Assembly: GCA_963718525.1 (NCBI GenBank)
Contig: OY970355.1
Span: 2,528,001 to 2,592,000 of the forward strand
Direction of reading: 5' to 3'
Origin: Candidatus Dormiibacterota bacterium
GTDB taxonomy: Bacteria > Chloroflexota > Dormibacteria > Aeolococcales > Aeolococcaceae
DNA: 64,000 bases
Shown: positions 31,164-41,691 of the stretch, in pieces
Numbering within the stretch: position 1 is the stretch's first letter
Layout: every line of letters starts with the position of its first letter
Made by a program: the position numbers and the translations under genes
Notes under the pieces: generated by a model
What the model was told of the DNA's origin: nothing
The model's input: the letters and a program-made list of their open reading frames with translations, nothing else
The model's database searches: none

Positions 31164-32000
31164 TCAGTCCGCGCCGAGGCAGGCAACTCCGAGACCACCA
31201 GGCCCGCTGTACGCGCCGACGACGGGACCGATCCGGCCCAGCACCGCCGTGACGTTCGAGACCGCCGTCCCCAACCGCGCCTCGAGCTCTCCCATCGATT
31301 CGGAGGCAGCCGCATGAAACTCGGCCAGACTGCGCAGCGGTGCGCGGGCGCGAACCTGCTCGACAATCATGTCGATGCCCTTCGACAGGCTGCGCGGCCT
31401 GGCGAGTGGGACGACCTCGCCGTCGCGCACTGCGATCAACGGTTTGACGTTGAGCAGGCCGCCGACGAATGCCTGCGCGCGCCCGATGCGCCCGCCCCGG
31501 TGCAGGTAGGTGAGCGTGTCGAGCAGGACCAGGATGGTCACCTTGCTGCGCCGGCGCGTCGCCTTGTCCGCGACGGCTGTTGCTGTGTCGCCCGCCTTGA
31601 TGTCGTCGATCGCCGCGCGCACGAGGAGTTGCAGCCCACCGCTCACGCTTTCGGTGTCCACGAGGTGGATCCGAGCCGGGTCGAACTCCTGGGCCGCGAG
31701 TGCCGCCGACTGCAGCGTGCCACTCAGCTTGGTCGAAATATGCAGCCCGACAACCTCGTCCTGCGGATCGGCCAGCAACGTCCTGTACAGCGAGGCGAAG
31801 GCGTCGGGCGACGGCTGCGACGTCGTCGGATGCACGTCGCTGCGCTGGAGTTTCGCGTAGAACTCATCCGCGTCGATATCCACACCATCGCGGTATTGCT
31901 CCTCGCCGAAACGGACGATGAGGGGCACGACATGAACACCCAGGGCCTGCGCATCCGACGGAGCGATATCGGACGTGCTGTCGGTGACCAGGTGGATCAA
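31164..32000 (-). CDS. DegV family fatty-acid binding protein (FakB-like)
   Basis: VTDSTSD, PTTSQPS, ISTKLSGT, YLHRGGRIG, LNVKP; TTG start at 32000. Confidence 0.93.
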   Translation of the reverse strand: MIHLVTDSTSDIAPSDAQALGVHVVPLIVRFGEEQYRDGVDIDADEFYAKLQRSDVHPTTSQPSPDAFASLYRTLLADPQDEVVGLHISTKLSGTLQSAALAAQEFDPARIHLVDTESVSGGLQLLVRAAIDDIKAGDTATAVADKATRRRSKVTILVLLDTLTYLHRGGRIGRAQAFVGGLLNVKPLIAVRDGEVVPLARPRSLSKGIDMIVEQVRARAPLRSLAEFHAAASESMGELEARLGTAVSNVTAVLGRIGPVVGAYSGPGGLGVACLGAD

Positions 32001-32001
32001 C

Positions 32002-33771
32002 TCACTCGAGCGAGAGCACGTACGGGTAGTGCTCCTGTCCTCCCGCCTGCAGCTCGAACTCGGTGCCCGGATGGGTCTCGCGCAGGCTCGCCACGAGCGT
32101 ATCGGCCTCGTCGGCGCTGACCTCCTGGCCGCGGTACACCGTGACCAGCTCCGGCTTCTTCGTCTCCGCGTTGAGCACCGCTTCAATGACAGCGCGGTAC
32201 TCGCTCCCCACCTGCGTGATGACGTCGTCGACGACGGTGATCACGTCCCCCACCTTGATGTCGTGTCCGTTGACCTTGGTGTCGCGGACTGCGCGGGTCA
32301 CCTCAACGGCTCGCACCGTGGCGATCGCGGTGAGCATCCGGTCGCAATTCTCGTCGAGGCTCGCGGATGGGTCGAAGGCGAGCAGCGCGGTGATTCCCTG
32401 GGGAAGATTCCTTGTCGGGACCACGCGCACCTCGCATCCTTCGGCGAGGGGATCGACCTGCTCGGCGGTGAGAATCACGTTGACATTGTTGGGAAGGAGA
32501 ATCACGTGCTCGGCGTTGACAGCAAGCACGCCGTTGAGCAGGTCCTCGATCGACGGGTTCATGGTCTGGCCGCCGCTCACGATGCTGTCCGCGCCCAGGC
32601 TCCCCATGATGTCGCGGAATCCGTCACCGGGTGCGACGCTGGCGACCCCGATCGGCTTGGGAGGAGCCTGAGGATGCTCGTCCGGGGGCGTCCCAACTGC
32701 GTCAGCCTCTGCCTCTCTGGCATCCGCACGCTCCAGCACGTCGTGATGCTGTGTGGACATGTCGTCGACCTTGAGCTTGCTCATAGGCCCGCGGGAGGAC
32801 GCGGCGGCGATCAGCCCGGCCGGGTCGCCGGTGTGGATATGGACGCGTACGAGGTCCGGGTCGCCGACCACCAGGGCGGATTCCCCCAGTGCTGAGAGCT
32901 CGGCACGGATCGAGTCGACGTCGAGCCCGGGACCGGTGATCAGAAACTCGGTGCAGTACCCCCAGCCCTGTTCGCGCGGGGCAACCGCCGCGGCGCCACG
33001 GCGCGGCACCACCGAACCCGTCGCCTCGAGGTCGCCAGGGTTCGGGGGGAGACGCAGCGCGGGCTCGCCTGATCGGCGGACAAGCGCCGGAGCCTGTGCG
33101 GCCGACTGCGTGTCGCCGACGGCACGCGCGAAGCCTTCGAGGATCACCGCGAGACCGAAGCCGCCGGCATCGACCACGTTCGCCTCGCGGAGCACCTGCA
33201 GTTGATCTGTGGTGCGCTCGACGGCCGCGTGCGCCTCGGTGACCACGTGATCGAGCACCACCCTGATGTCGTCGGTGGTCGTCGACGCAGCAGCCGCGGC
33301 TGCCGCCGCGTCACGGACGACGGTGAGGATGGTGCCCTCGGTCGGCTTCATGACCGCGCGGTACGCGACGGCTGACGCCTCGGTCATCGCCTGAGCGACA
33401 CCGCCAGCGTCGAGACGCGAGCGTTGGGAGGATCCCTGGGCGAAGCCGCGGAGGATCTGCGAGAGGATGACGCCGCTGTTGCCGCGGGCGCCCATCAGCG
33501 AGCCGTGCGCGGCGGCGGCGAGCACCGAGTCCGCAGCCTCTGGGCTCGGCGCGTCACGCGCCTCCTCCACCGCTGACCGGAGTGTCAGGTACATGTTCGA
33601 CCCGGTGTCACCGTCCGGCACCGGGAAGACATTGAGGTCGTTGATCTCCTGCTGGTTCGCCTCAAGCCACGAGAGCGCGGCCGTCAGGCCCGCGAGGACC
33701 TGCTGACCACCGATCTCGCGGAGCGGTTCGCGGAGCACTGCGAGCTCCGGCGCGGGCTTAGTGGCGGACAC
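32002..33771 (-). CDS. DAK2 domain protein (fatty acid kinase FakA/YloV-like)
   Basis: INDLNVFPVPDGDTGSNM, GARGNSGVILSQ, VDAGG.G, YCTEF, RVHIHT, GGQTMNPS. Confidence 0.95.
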   Translation of the reverse strand: MSATKPAPELAVLREPLREIGGQQVLAGLTAALSWLEANQQEINDLNVFPVPDGDTGSNMYLTLRSAVEEARDAPSPEAADSVLAAAAHGSLMGARGNSGVILSQILRGFAQGSSQRSRLDAGGVAQAMTEASAVAYRAVMKPTEGTILTVVRDAAAAAAAASTTTDDIRVVLDHVVTEAHAAVERTTDQLQVLREANVVDAGGFGLAVILEGFARAVGDTQSAAQAPALVRRSGEPALRLPPNPGDLEATGSVVPRRGAAAVAPREQGWGYCTEFLITGPGLDVDSIRAELSALGESALVVGDPDLVRVHIHTGDPAGLIAAASSRGPMSKLKVDDMSTQHHDVLERADAREAEADAVGTPPDEHPQAPPKPIGVASVAPGDGFRDIMGSLGADSIVSGGQTMNPSIEDLLNGVLAVNAEHVILLPNNVNVILTAEQVDPLAEGCEVRVVPTRNLPQGITALLAFDPSASLDENCDRMLTAIATVRAVEVTRAVRDTKVNGHDIKVGDVITVVDDVITQVGSEYRAVIEAVLNAETKKPELVTVYRGQEVSADEADTLVASLRETHPGTEFELQAGGQEHYPYVLSLE

Positions 33772-34153
33772 CGTCGTTCTCCGCATGGATGCCCTGGACA
33801 TTCACGTTGACCGCCACCACCGGCAGTCCCAGGGTCTTCTCGACCGAGTAGCTGACGGCGCTCATCAGGTTGTGGGCCACCTCGCTGATCCGGGTTCCAT
33901 ATTCGACGATCACGTAGAGCTCGATCACGAGCCCGTCGGGCGTGACCTGGATCTCGACGCCCCGGTGGACGTTCTCCCGGTTCAGCCGCTCCGCGATCCC
34001 GTCGCGCAGACCGCGCGCCGCCATCCCCACGATGCCGTAGCACTCGTTGGCCGCGTGGCCGACGATCGACGCCACCACCCGGGGCGAGACTTCAATCCTG
34101 CCCAGGGAAGCGGTGCGCGACAGTGCGTCGGACGCGCGGACCTTGCCTTTCAC
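33758..34153 (-). CDS. Asp23/Gls24 family protein (YloU-like)
   Basis: [43 protein letters not shown]; GTG start after GGAG. Confidence 0.92.
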   Translation of the reverse strand: MKGKVRASDALSRTASLGRIEVSPRVVASIVGHAANECYGIVGMAARGLRDGIAERLNRENVHRGVEIQVTPDGLVIELYVIVEYGTRISEVAHNLMSAVSYSVEKTLGLPVVAVNVNVQGIHAENDGVRH

Positions 34154-34310
34154 GTATCTCCGTAAGCCCGATGGAGGGCCTGTGGTATCCTCGGCGACCG
34201 GCCACCTTCTCGTTTCCGGAGGCCAACGGGCGCCGCCGTGGCTGCGGCCGAATTCTAGTACGCCAGACCGGGCGCGTCTCAGATGCGCGTTCCGACCCAT
34301 GAGAGATCTG

Positions 34311-34502
34311 ATGTCCCAGCGCTGCGATATCTGCGGGAAGGGCCCAATGACCGGGAACAACGTGAGCCACTCCAAGGTGCACACCAAGCGTCGATTCCTG
34401 CCCAACCTCCATGTCACCCACCTTGCCGTCAAGGGCAAGGAAGTGAGAGCGAAGGTGTGCACCCGGTGCCTGCGCACTCAGGCCAAGGCGGCGCGTAGCT
34501 AG
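34311..34502 (+). CDS. rpmB: 50S ribosomal protein L28
   Basis: [33 protein letters not shown]...VCTRCLR. Confidence 0.97.
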   Translation: MSQRCDICGKGPMTGNNVSHSKVHTKRRFLPNLHVTHLAVKGKEVRAKVCTRCLRTQAKAARS

Positions 34503-34561
34503 CGTTTTCGGTGTGCGCAGTCAGGTACGATTGATCCGTTAGGAGCGTTTCGGAGGCAGGG

Positions 34562-37500
34562 GTGTTCAGGGCCAGAGGGGTTGTGCTCGGCGGTGCTTGC
34601 TTGGCGATGCTGGCCGGCAGCTACGGCGGTGCCATGGCGCCTCTCCCGGTGGCGGCCGCGGGCCCTGTGGTGAGCAGTGTGGCGCCGGCGGCCGGCTCTT
34701 CTGCGGGGGGGACGCCGATCGTGATCACCGGTACGGGGTTCACCAGCGCCACCGACGTCTTCTTCGGCGCAACCGACGTGATGTCCACAGCCACCTGCAC
34801 ATCCGCCGGGGGATGTTTCACCGTTGTCAACGACACGACGATCGACGCGACGTCACCTGCGGTGAGCGCAAGCACCGTCGATATCACGGTGAGCGCTGGT
34901 GGAGTGACCAGCGCTCCGGCTCCTCCGGGCGATCAGTTCAGCTTTTTCGACACTCCCACCGTCGCAACGGTCGCCACTCCGCAACCAGATGGGGCGACCG
35001 GCATCAGCGTCACCGGCACTAACTTCTCCACTCCCGGCTCTAGCCCCCTGACGAACGGGGTCAGCGAGGTGGACCTTGTGCCTTCCACCGGCCCGACGGT
35101 GCAGCTGACGACGCAGTGCTCGAGCAGCGTCGCGCCAGGCTGCTTCACCTTCGTCGGCGACACCAAGCTGACCATCAACCTTCCCACGTCAATGCCAGCG
35201 GGCCAGTACGACACCGAGGTCAAGACTCCGGGAGGCACCTCGGCAACGTCGACCAACGATGTCCTACTCGTGCAACAACCCACGCCAACCGTTACATCTG
35301 TATCTCCCAATACCGGTTCCACGGCCGGTGGGCCGCCGACGGTCACGATCCTCGGCACGGACTTCAGCGGATCCGGTTTCGACACAACTGGCGTGTCATT
35401 CCGGGGAGTTGCCGCGGTCTTCACTCCGATCAACGCAACGTCGATGACCGCGACACCACCAGCCGGCAGCGGGCAGGTGGACATCAAGGTCACAACGCAA
35501 TCGACGGACGGGACCTCGACGCAGACCAGCCCGACGTCCGTCGCGGACACGTACGTGTATGCGCCGGTTCCCACAGTGACGAATGTTGGACCGGGAACGG
35601 GACCCACCGTGGGCGGCAACACCGTCACCCTCACCGGCACGGACTTCATGTCGAATAACTCAACTGGCGCGAACTTCACCACCACCAAGGTCACCGTTGA
35701 CTCCACCGGCATCACCACGACGTGCTCGGGGCCGCCAAGCAGTCCGTGCTTCACGGTGACAGACGGGACTCACATCAGCGTCCAGGACTTCCCTCCGCAC
35801 GCCGCCGGTGTCGTTGACATCACCGTGACGACGCCGGGGGGAACGAGCGCAACGGGCAGTGGCGATCAGTACATTTACGCGCTCGTCCCCGCCGTGACGA
35901 GCGTCACCCCGGGTGCCGGGCCGCCCGCGGGCGGCAACACCGTGGTCGTCACGGGCACCGGGTTGTTGGGCGCGACCCATGTGTTCGTCGGCGGGAGTGA
36001 TGTCTCCACTACGCCGTGCGTGGGGACGCCGCTGGCATCACCCTGCTTCACCGTGAACAACGACGCGCAGATCGCCGTCCAGGATCTCCCTGCGCACGGA
36101 GCGATGACTGTTGACGTCACCGTGCAAACCCCCGTGGGGACCAGTGCGAAGTCCGCAGCCGATCAGTACGTGTATGCATCCGCTCCCACCGTCACCGCCG
36201 TGGCTCCATCGTTCGGGCTACTTGCGGGCGGGAACTCAGTCACCATCACCGGGACGGGATTCGACCCGGGAGGTGTCGGTGCATCGAATATCACCGTCGG
36301 CGGTGCCGGCATAACGGTGACGCCATGCGGGAACTCACCGACAGCACCGTGCTTCACGGTGGTCGGCAACACCCAGGTCAACATCCAGGATCTCCCGCCG
36401 GGCTCGGCCGGACCCGTTGACATCACCGTGACCACGGTTGGCGGGACGAGCGCGACCTCAGGCGCCGACAAGTACACCTACTTCGCGCCACCGACGGTCA
36501 CCAGCGTCGCGCCCTCGAGCGGTCCCATCGCGGGAGGCAACACGGTTGTGGTGACTGGCACCGACTTCCAGTCCGGTGGTCAATTCACCACCACCAGCGT
36601 GCAGGTTGGTCCTCAGACCATCACCGCAATGCCGTGCGGAGGATCACCGACAGCACCGTGCTTCACGGTGAACAGCGCCATGCAGATCAGCATCAAGGAC
36701 CTTCCTGCGCAAGGGGCCGGCACGGTTGACATCAGGGTGATAACACCGGAAGGCACCAGCCCGATTTCGCAACCCGCCGACCAGTACACGTACGCGGTTC
36801 TTCCCACAGTCACGAATGTCAGCCCAGGCGCCGGGCCGCCGGCTGGCGGCAACACCGTGGTCGTTGCCGGCACCGGGTTGTCGGGCGCGACCGATGTGTT
36901 CGTCGGCGGGAATCATGTCTCCATCACGCCGTGCGTAGGGACGCCGACGTCACCGTGCTTCACGGTGAGCGGCTCGACCCAGATCACTCTTGAGGATCTT
37001 CCTTCGCATGTAGCCGCGACGGTTGACATCACCGTGCAGACCCCCGGGGGGACCACCGCGATCTCCACGGCAGACCAGTACGTGTACGCAGCCGCTCCCA
37101 CTCTCACCGGTGTATCGCCATCGTTCGGTCCGCTTGTGGGCGGGAACACGGTCACCCTGACCGGCACGGGATTCGACCCAGCCGGTGTCGGTGCCAGTGC
37201 GGTAGTCGTCGGCATCACCAACATCACGACAGCGCCATGCCCAGGACCGCCGACCTCGCCGTGCTTCACAGTGAACGGCGACACGCAGATCACCATCCAG
37301 GATCTTCCGCCTGGGTCGGCCGGGATCGTTGACATCACAGTGACCACAGTCGGTGGCACGAGTGCAACGTCCAGCGCCGACAAGTACACATACCTGTCTC
37401 CACCGACCGTCGCCAAGATCGCGCCGACGACCGGCCCAATAGGTGGAGGCACGACGGTTGTGGTGACCGGCACCGGCTTCGAGTCAACCGGGCAATTCAC

Positions 37501-40500
37501 CACCAACAGCGTGCAGGTTGGTGCAGTTCACGTGATCACGACGGCGCCTTGCGGGACCTCACCGACAGCACCGTGCTTCACGGTGGGCAGCCCCACCCAG
37601 ATCACGATCGAGGACATTCCCCCGAACGCCGTCGCCACGGTCGACATCACGGTGACCACGCCGGAGGGCACGAGCGCCACGAGCGCCAGCGATCAGTACA
37701 CGTACGGAGTGCTACCGGCGGTGACGAAGGTCAGCCCTGGTGCCGGGCCGCCCGCGGGTGGCAATACCGTGGTTATCGCGGGCAGCGGGTTCACTGGCGC
37801 CACCGATGTATTCGTCGGCTCCAAGGACGTCAACGCCTCACCGTGTCCCGGTCCGCCGGTCTCAGCGTGCTTCACGGTGAACAACGACGCCCAGGTCACG
37901 ATCCAGGATATGCCCAGTAACGTGGCCGGGATATATGACATCACAGTGAAGACGCCCGTCGGGCCCAGCGCGACCTCCACAGCCGACCAGTACTTGTACG
38001 CGTTCACACCCACGGTCACGGGTCTCGCCCCATCGTTCGGCCCGCTCGCGGGCGGCTACACGGTCAACGTCATCGGGACGGGCTTCGACCCAGCAGGTGT
38101 GGCCGCAACCGAAGTATTTGTTGGCACTTTGGGGATCACCGCGACGCCGTGCAGCGGATCGCCGACGGCACCGTGCTTCACGGTGGTCAGCGATACACAG
38201 GTCACCATCATGGATCTTCCGCCGGGCTCCGCCGGGAGTTTCGACGTCACTGTGACCACCGTCGGCGGCACGAGCGCGGCCACACCCGCGGACAAATTCA
38301 CGTACATGGCGCCCCCGGCGGTGACCAACGTCGCGCCGCTGACCGGTCCCACCGGAGGCGGCAACACGCTGGTGGTCACCGGCACCGGCTTCGAGTCAAC
38401 CGGGCAATTCACCACCAGCAGCGTGCAGGTTGGTCCTCACATCATCACGACGACGCCGTGCGTGGTCTCACCGACAGCGCCGTGCTTCACGGTGAACAGC
38501 TCCACCCAGATCACGGTGCAGGACATTCCTCCGCATGCCGCCGGCAGTGTCGACATCGTTGCGACAACTCCCGAAGGCGCGAGCCCGATTTCACAGCCCG
38601 CGGACCAGTACACGTACGAGCTGATCCCCTCCGTCAACGGCATCTCTCCGAATGCCGGTGTCGTCGCCGGAGGTAACTCGGTCATCATCACGGGGACGTT
38701 GTTCTCGGACGCGTTCCAGGTGTCCGTCGGGAGCACGAGCATCACCACCGCGCCCTGCGCCGTACCACCGACGGCGCCGTGCTTCACGGTGAACAGCGCG
38801 ACGCAGATCACGGTCGGCGATTTCCCGGCCGGTTCGGCCTCCACGGTCAACATCACCGTGACGGCGCCCGGGGGCACGAGCCCCACCTCCGCAGCCGATG
38901 TCTATGCCTATGCTCCGATTCCGACGATCACGAAGGTATCACCAAATCACGGCTCGGTCAGCGGCGGTGCGTCGGTGACCCTGACCGGAACGGGGTTCGA
39001 ACCGTCGGGCACGAACCACAACTTCACCACCACCGCGGTCAGCATTGTCGGGGTCGCGGTGATCACCACGAGCCCGTGCCCGGGAGCACCGACCGGCCCC
39101 TGCTACAACGTGAACTCCTCGACCCAGATCTTCATCGAGGACTTCCCGGCACACGCAGTGGGGTCGGTGGACGTCACAGCGACCACCCTCGGCGGCACAA
39201 GCCCAACGTCCAATGCCGACAGGTACTTCTACGGTGCGACCTTCCCCACGGTGACGCTCGTCTCACAGAAATACGGAGCTGAGAAGGGAGGCGCACTGCT
39301 GGCGATCACCGGCACCAACTTCTCCAGCACGAGCGGGATCTCGGTCTCCGATGTCTTCTTCGGAACAACGGATGTCCTCGCGAGCAACGCATTTCCGTGC
39401 GTCGGCACGACGACGGGGTGCTTCAACGTCGTGAGCCCGACTCAGATCAGCGTGTACACCCCGGTGGCGAGCGTCGCGGGCACGGTCGACATCACTGTGA
39501 CGACCACCGTCGGCACCAGCGGCGCCAGCACGGCCGACCAGTACACGTATCTCGCCCCCAGCGCGTATACCGCCTTGGCGCCCTTCGTGATCTGCGATAC
39601 ACGGGCGTCAACAACGCCTGACGAGTGCACCGGCAAGACGCTTGGCAAGGGCGGGAGGCTCACCGCGCAGATCACCGGCGTTGCCGGGCCGAACCTTCAA
39701 GTGGTGCAGTCAGGAGCCCAGGCCGTGGTCGTCAACGTGACTGCCATCAACCACAGCACCACCAGCACCTACGTCACTGCATTTCCCGGCGGCTCAGTGC
39801 CGATCGCGTCGACGGTGAATCTCGACGCGGCGGCGGTGCAGTCCAACCTCGCGGTCGTTCAACTGACGTCCGGCGGGGCGATCACCCTATACAACGCGGT
39901 CGGAAGCGTCGACGTGATTGTCGCCGTTGAGGGCTTCTATGCGGCGCCGCCGGGTTCGGGCCCGATTCCGGGCGAGTATCACACCATTGCGCCGATTCGG
40001 ATGTGCGACACACGCGCCAAGCAAGGCACCGCGTGTGCGGGCGCGACCAACAACCCGATTCTGGCGAACACGTGGCGGAAGGTAGCCCTCAGCGGCACGG
40101 GTTCGCTTCCGGCCACGGGAGCGGCTGCGGCGGTCTTCAACCTCACAGCTACGCAGGGCACTCTGGGAACGTATCTCGCCGTCGCACCACCCACCAGTAG
40201 CGATCAGTGCCCAACTGGAGCACCGCACGTGTCGAATCTCAATCCCAAGGCTGGGGATACGCTGCCCATTCGAGTCGTCTCAGCACTCGGACCGGCCAAC
40301 GACGTCTGTGTCTACAACGCCGTGGGCAGCATCGAGATCATCATCGACGTGGACGGCTGGTTCGGCACAGGCAGCGAGTCGTCGACCGGGGCGCTCTTCT
40401 ACTCCGTGCCGCCGACGCGAATCTGCGACACACGTTCGGGCACGGGAACTCGGTGCTCGGGCAAGTCCCTCGGCTCGGGCTTCACCGAGGTCGTCCAGGT

Positions 40501-40786
40501 CGCCGGTGTGACGCCGGTACCGGCCTTTGCGGGCGCTCAGCCGGTCGCGATGGTGGCGAACCTCACCGGCGTCGCGGGGACGCAGTCGACATATCTCGAG
40601 CTCTACGCGAGCGACGCGCATAAACCCGTTGCGTCCGATCTCAACCCGGTCGCGCACGACGTCATTGCCAACCTGGTGATGGTGGGGCTCGCACAGGCCG
40701 CCGGGGCCACCCAGGGCGACGTCAACCTCTACAATGGCCTCGGGACCATCAATGCCATCGTCGACGTCTCCGGCTGGTACCAGTAG
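34562..40786 (+). CDS. Giant secreted/surface protein with 16 IPT/TIG-like Ig repeats and three C-terminal CDTR repeats
   Basis: Sec signal peptide ending about VAAA; repeats of PTVT.V.P..GP.AGGN.V..TGTGF...VDITVTTPGGTS...DQY.Y; Thr/Gly/Pro/Val-rich. Confidence 0.9.
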   Translation: MFRARGVVLGGACLAMLAGSYGGAMAPLPVAAAGPVVSSVAPAAGSSAGGTPIVITGTGFTSATDVFFGATDVMSTATCTSAGGCFTVVNDTTIDATSPAVSASTVDITVSAGGVTSAPAPPGDQFSFFDTPTVATVATPQPDGATGISVTGTNFSTPGSSPLTNGVSEVDLVPSTGPTVQLTTQCSSSVAPGCFTFVGDTKLTINLPTSMPAGQYDTEVKTPGGTSATSTNDVLLVQQPTPTVTSVSPNTGSTAGGPPTVTILGTDFSGSGFDTTGVSFRGVAAVFTPINATSMTATPPAGSGQVDIKVTTQSTDGTSTQTSPTSVADTYVYAPVPTVTNVGPGTGPTVGGNTVTLTGTDFMSNNSTGANFTTTKVTVDSTGITTTCSGPPSSPCFTVTDGTHISVQDFPPHAAGVVDITVTTPGGTSATGSGDQYIYALVPAVTSVTPGAGPPAGGNTVVVTGTGLLGATHVFVGGSDVSTTPCVGTPLASPCFTVNNDAQIAVQDLPAHGAMTVDVTVQTPVGTSAKSAADQYVYASAPTVTAVAPSFGLLAGGNSVTITGTGFDPGGVGASNITVGGAGITVTPCGNSPTAPCFTVVGNTQVNIQDLPPGSAGPVDITVTTVGGTSATSGADKYTYFAPPTVTSVAPSSGPIAGGNTVVVTGTDFQSGGQFTTTSVQVGPQTITAMPCGGSPTAPCFTVNSAMQISIKDLPAQGAGTVDIRVITPEGTSPISQPADQYTYAVLPTVTNVSPGAGPPAGGNTVVVAGTGLSGATDVFVGGNHVSITPCVGTPTSPCFTVSGSTQITLEDLPSHVAATVDITVQTPGGTTAISTADQYVYAAAPTLTGVSPSFGPLVGGNTVTLTGTGFDPAGVGASAVVVGITNITTAPCPGPPTSPCFTVNGDTQITIQDLPPGSAGIVDITVTTVGGTSATSSADKYTYLSPPTVAKIAPTTGPIGGGTTVVVTGTGFESTGQFTTNSVQVGAVHVITTAPCGTSPTAPCFTVGSPTQITIEDIPPNAVATVDITVTTPEGTSATSASDQYTYGVLPAVTKVSPGAGPPAGGNTVVIAGSGFTGATDVFVGSKDVNASPCPGPPVSACFTVNNDAQVTIQDMPSNVAGIYDITVKTPVGPSATSTADQYLYAFTPTVTGLAPSFGPLAGGYTVNVIGTGFDPAGVAATEVFVGTLGITATPCSGSPTAPCFTVVSDTQVTIMDLPPGSAGSFDVTVTTVGGTSAATPADKFTYMAPPAVTNVAPLTGPTGGGNTLVVTGTGFESTGQFTTSSVQVGPHIITTTPCVVSPTAPCFTVNSSTQITVQDIPPHAAGSVDIVATTPEGASPISQPADQYTYELIPSVNGISPNAGVVAGGNSVIITGTLFSDAFQVSVGSTSITTAPCAVPPTAPCFTVNSATQITVGDFPAGSASTVNITVTAPGGTSPTSAADVYAYAPIPTITKVSPNHGSVSGGASVTLTGTGFEPSGTNHNFTTTAVSIVGVAVITTSPCPGAPTGPCYNVNSSTQIFIEDFPAHAVGSVDVTATTLGGTSPTSNADRYFYGATFPTVTLVSQKYGAEKGGALLAITGTNFSSTSGISVSDVFFGTTDVLASNAFPCVGTTTGCFNVVSPTQISVYTPVASVAGTVDITVTTTVGTSGASTADQYTYLAPSAYTALAPFVICDTRASTTPDECTGKTLGKGGRLTAQITGVAGPNLQVVQSGAQAVVVNVTAINHSTTSTYVTAFPGGSVPIASTVNLDAAAVQSNLAVVQLTSGGAITLYNAVGSVDVIVAVEGFYAAPPGSGPIPGEYHTIAPIRMCDTRAKQGTACAGATNNPILANTWRKVALSGTGSLPATGAAAAVFNLTATQGTLGTYLAVAPPTSSDQCPTGAPHVSNLNPKAGDTLPIRVVSALGPANDVCVYNAVGSIEIIIDVDGWFGTGSESSTGALFYSVPPTRICDTRSGTGTRCSGKSLGSGFTEVVQVAGVTPVPAFAGAQPVAMVANLTGVAGTQSTYLELYASDAHKPVASDLNPVAHDVIANLVMVGLAQAAGATQGDVNLYNGLGTINAIVDVSGWYQ

Positions 40787-41691
40787 GCAGAACCGGCGGG
40801 CGGCGCGTGGCCAGGTTCGCCACGGATCGCGGCGGCGAGGATATCCAGACCGTGGAGGACCCGCGGTCCGGGGCGGCTGAAGTACGCCGAGCCGTCCACT
40901 GCGAAAACCCTGCCGGAGCGCGCGGCCGGAAGGTCGTCGAATCCCGGACGTGATCCGACCTCGGGCGCCAGCTGGAGAGTTCTCGCGAGATCGTACCCGC
41001 AGGGCATCAGAATCATGACCTCCGGTTGGGCGTCGACCACCTCGTCCCAGGAGACGTAGCGCGACGGCGCGCCCTCCTCCCCGAGGACGTCGAGCCCGCC
41101 CGCGATCCGCACCATCTCCGGCACCCAGTGGCCATCGACCATGAGCGGGTCCGTCCACTCGATGCACACGACCCGTGGACGCGGCTCCGGGGTGTGATTG
41201 GCACCGACCTCCGCGACCCGACGGCGCATCGACGCGGCGACGCCCGCCGCACCGTCCACGTCCCCGGTGGCCACGCCGACCTCCTCCACCGAGGCACAGA
41301 TCTCCTCGATCGAGCGCGGTTCGAGGGAGAGCACCAACGCATCGCCGGGCAGGCGGCGCACCGCCCGCCTGACCTCGCCATATGCGACCGCACAGACATC
41401 GCACAGCTCCTGAGTGACGATGAGGTCGGGTTCGAGCCGTGCCAGCGCCGCCTCGTCGAGCCGGTAGATGCTCGATCCGGCGTGACGCGCAGCGTGAATG
41501 TGGCGATCGATGTCGCTCGGCGCCGTTCCCTCGGTGACGAGCACGCTTGACGTGACCGCCGGGAGATCGCGAGCGGCGCCGGGATGATCGCACTCATGAG
41601 TGACGCCGACGACGCGGTCACCCGCCCCGATGGCGAAGAGGATCTCGGTGGCGCTTGGAAGTAGTGAGGCGACGCGCGACGCCGCGCTCAT
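40729..41691 (-). CDS. BtuF-like (cobalamin/Fe-siderophore binding fold) protein with no signal peptide
   Basis: RVASLLPSATEIL, VGVTHECD.P, PDLIVTQELCDVCAV, EW.DP...GHWVPEMV..AGG, YFSRPGPR. Confidence 0.85.
   Translation of the reverse strand: MSAASRVASLLPSATEILFAIGAGDRVVGVTHECDHPGAARDLPAVTSSVLVTEGTAPSDIDRHIHAARHAGSSIYRLDEAALARLEPDLIVTQELCDVCAVAYGEVRRAVRRLPGDALVLSLEPRSIEEICASVEEVGVATGDVDGAAGVAASMRRRVAEVGANHTPEPRPRVVCIEWTDPLMVDGHWVPEMVRIAGGLDVLGEEGAPSRYVSWDEVVDAQPEVMILMPCGYDLARTLQLAPEVGSRPGFDDLPAARSGRVFAVDGSAYFSRPGPRVLHGLDILAAAIRGEPGHAPPAGSAYWYQPETSTMALMVPRPL

Noticed and set aside
40729-40786. 58-nt convergent overlap between the IPT gene and the BtuF-like gene
   Set aside because: The overlap covers only a non-conserved-looking tail of the BtuF-like protein; probably stop-codon drift.
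34562-40786. Diversity-generating retroelement or shufflon acting on the repeat protein
   Set aside because: No reverse transcriptase or invertase nearby and no adenine-specific template/variable repeat pair seen; the repeats look like ordinary domain duplications.
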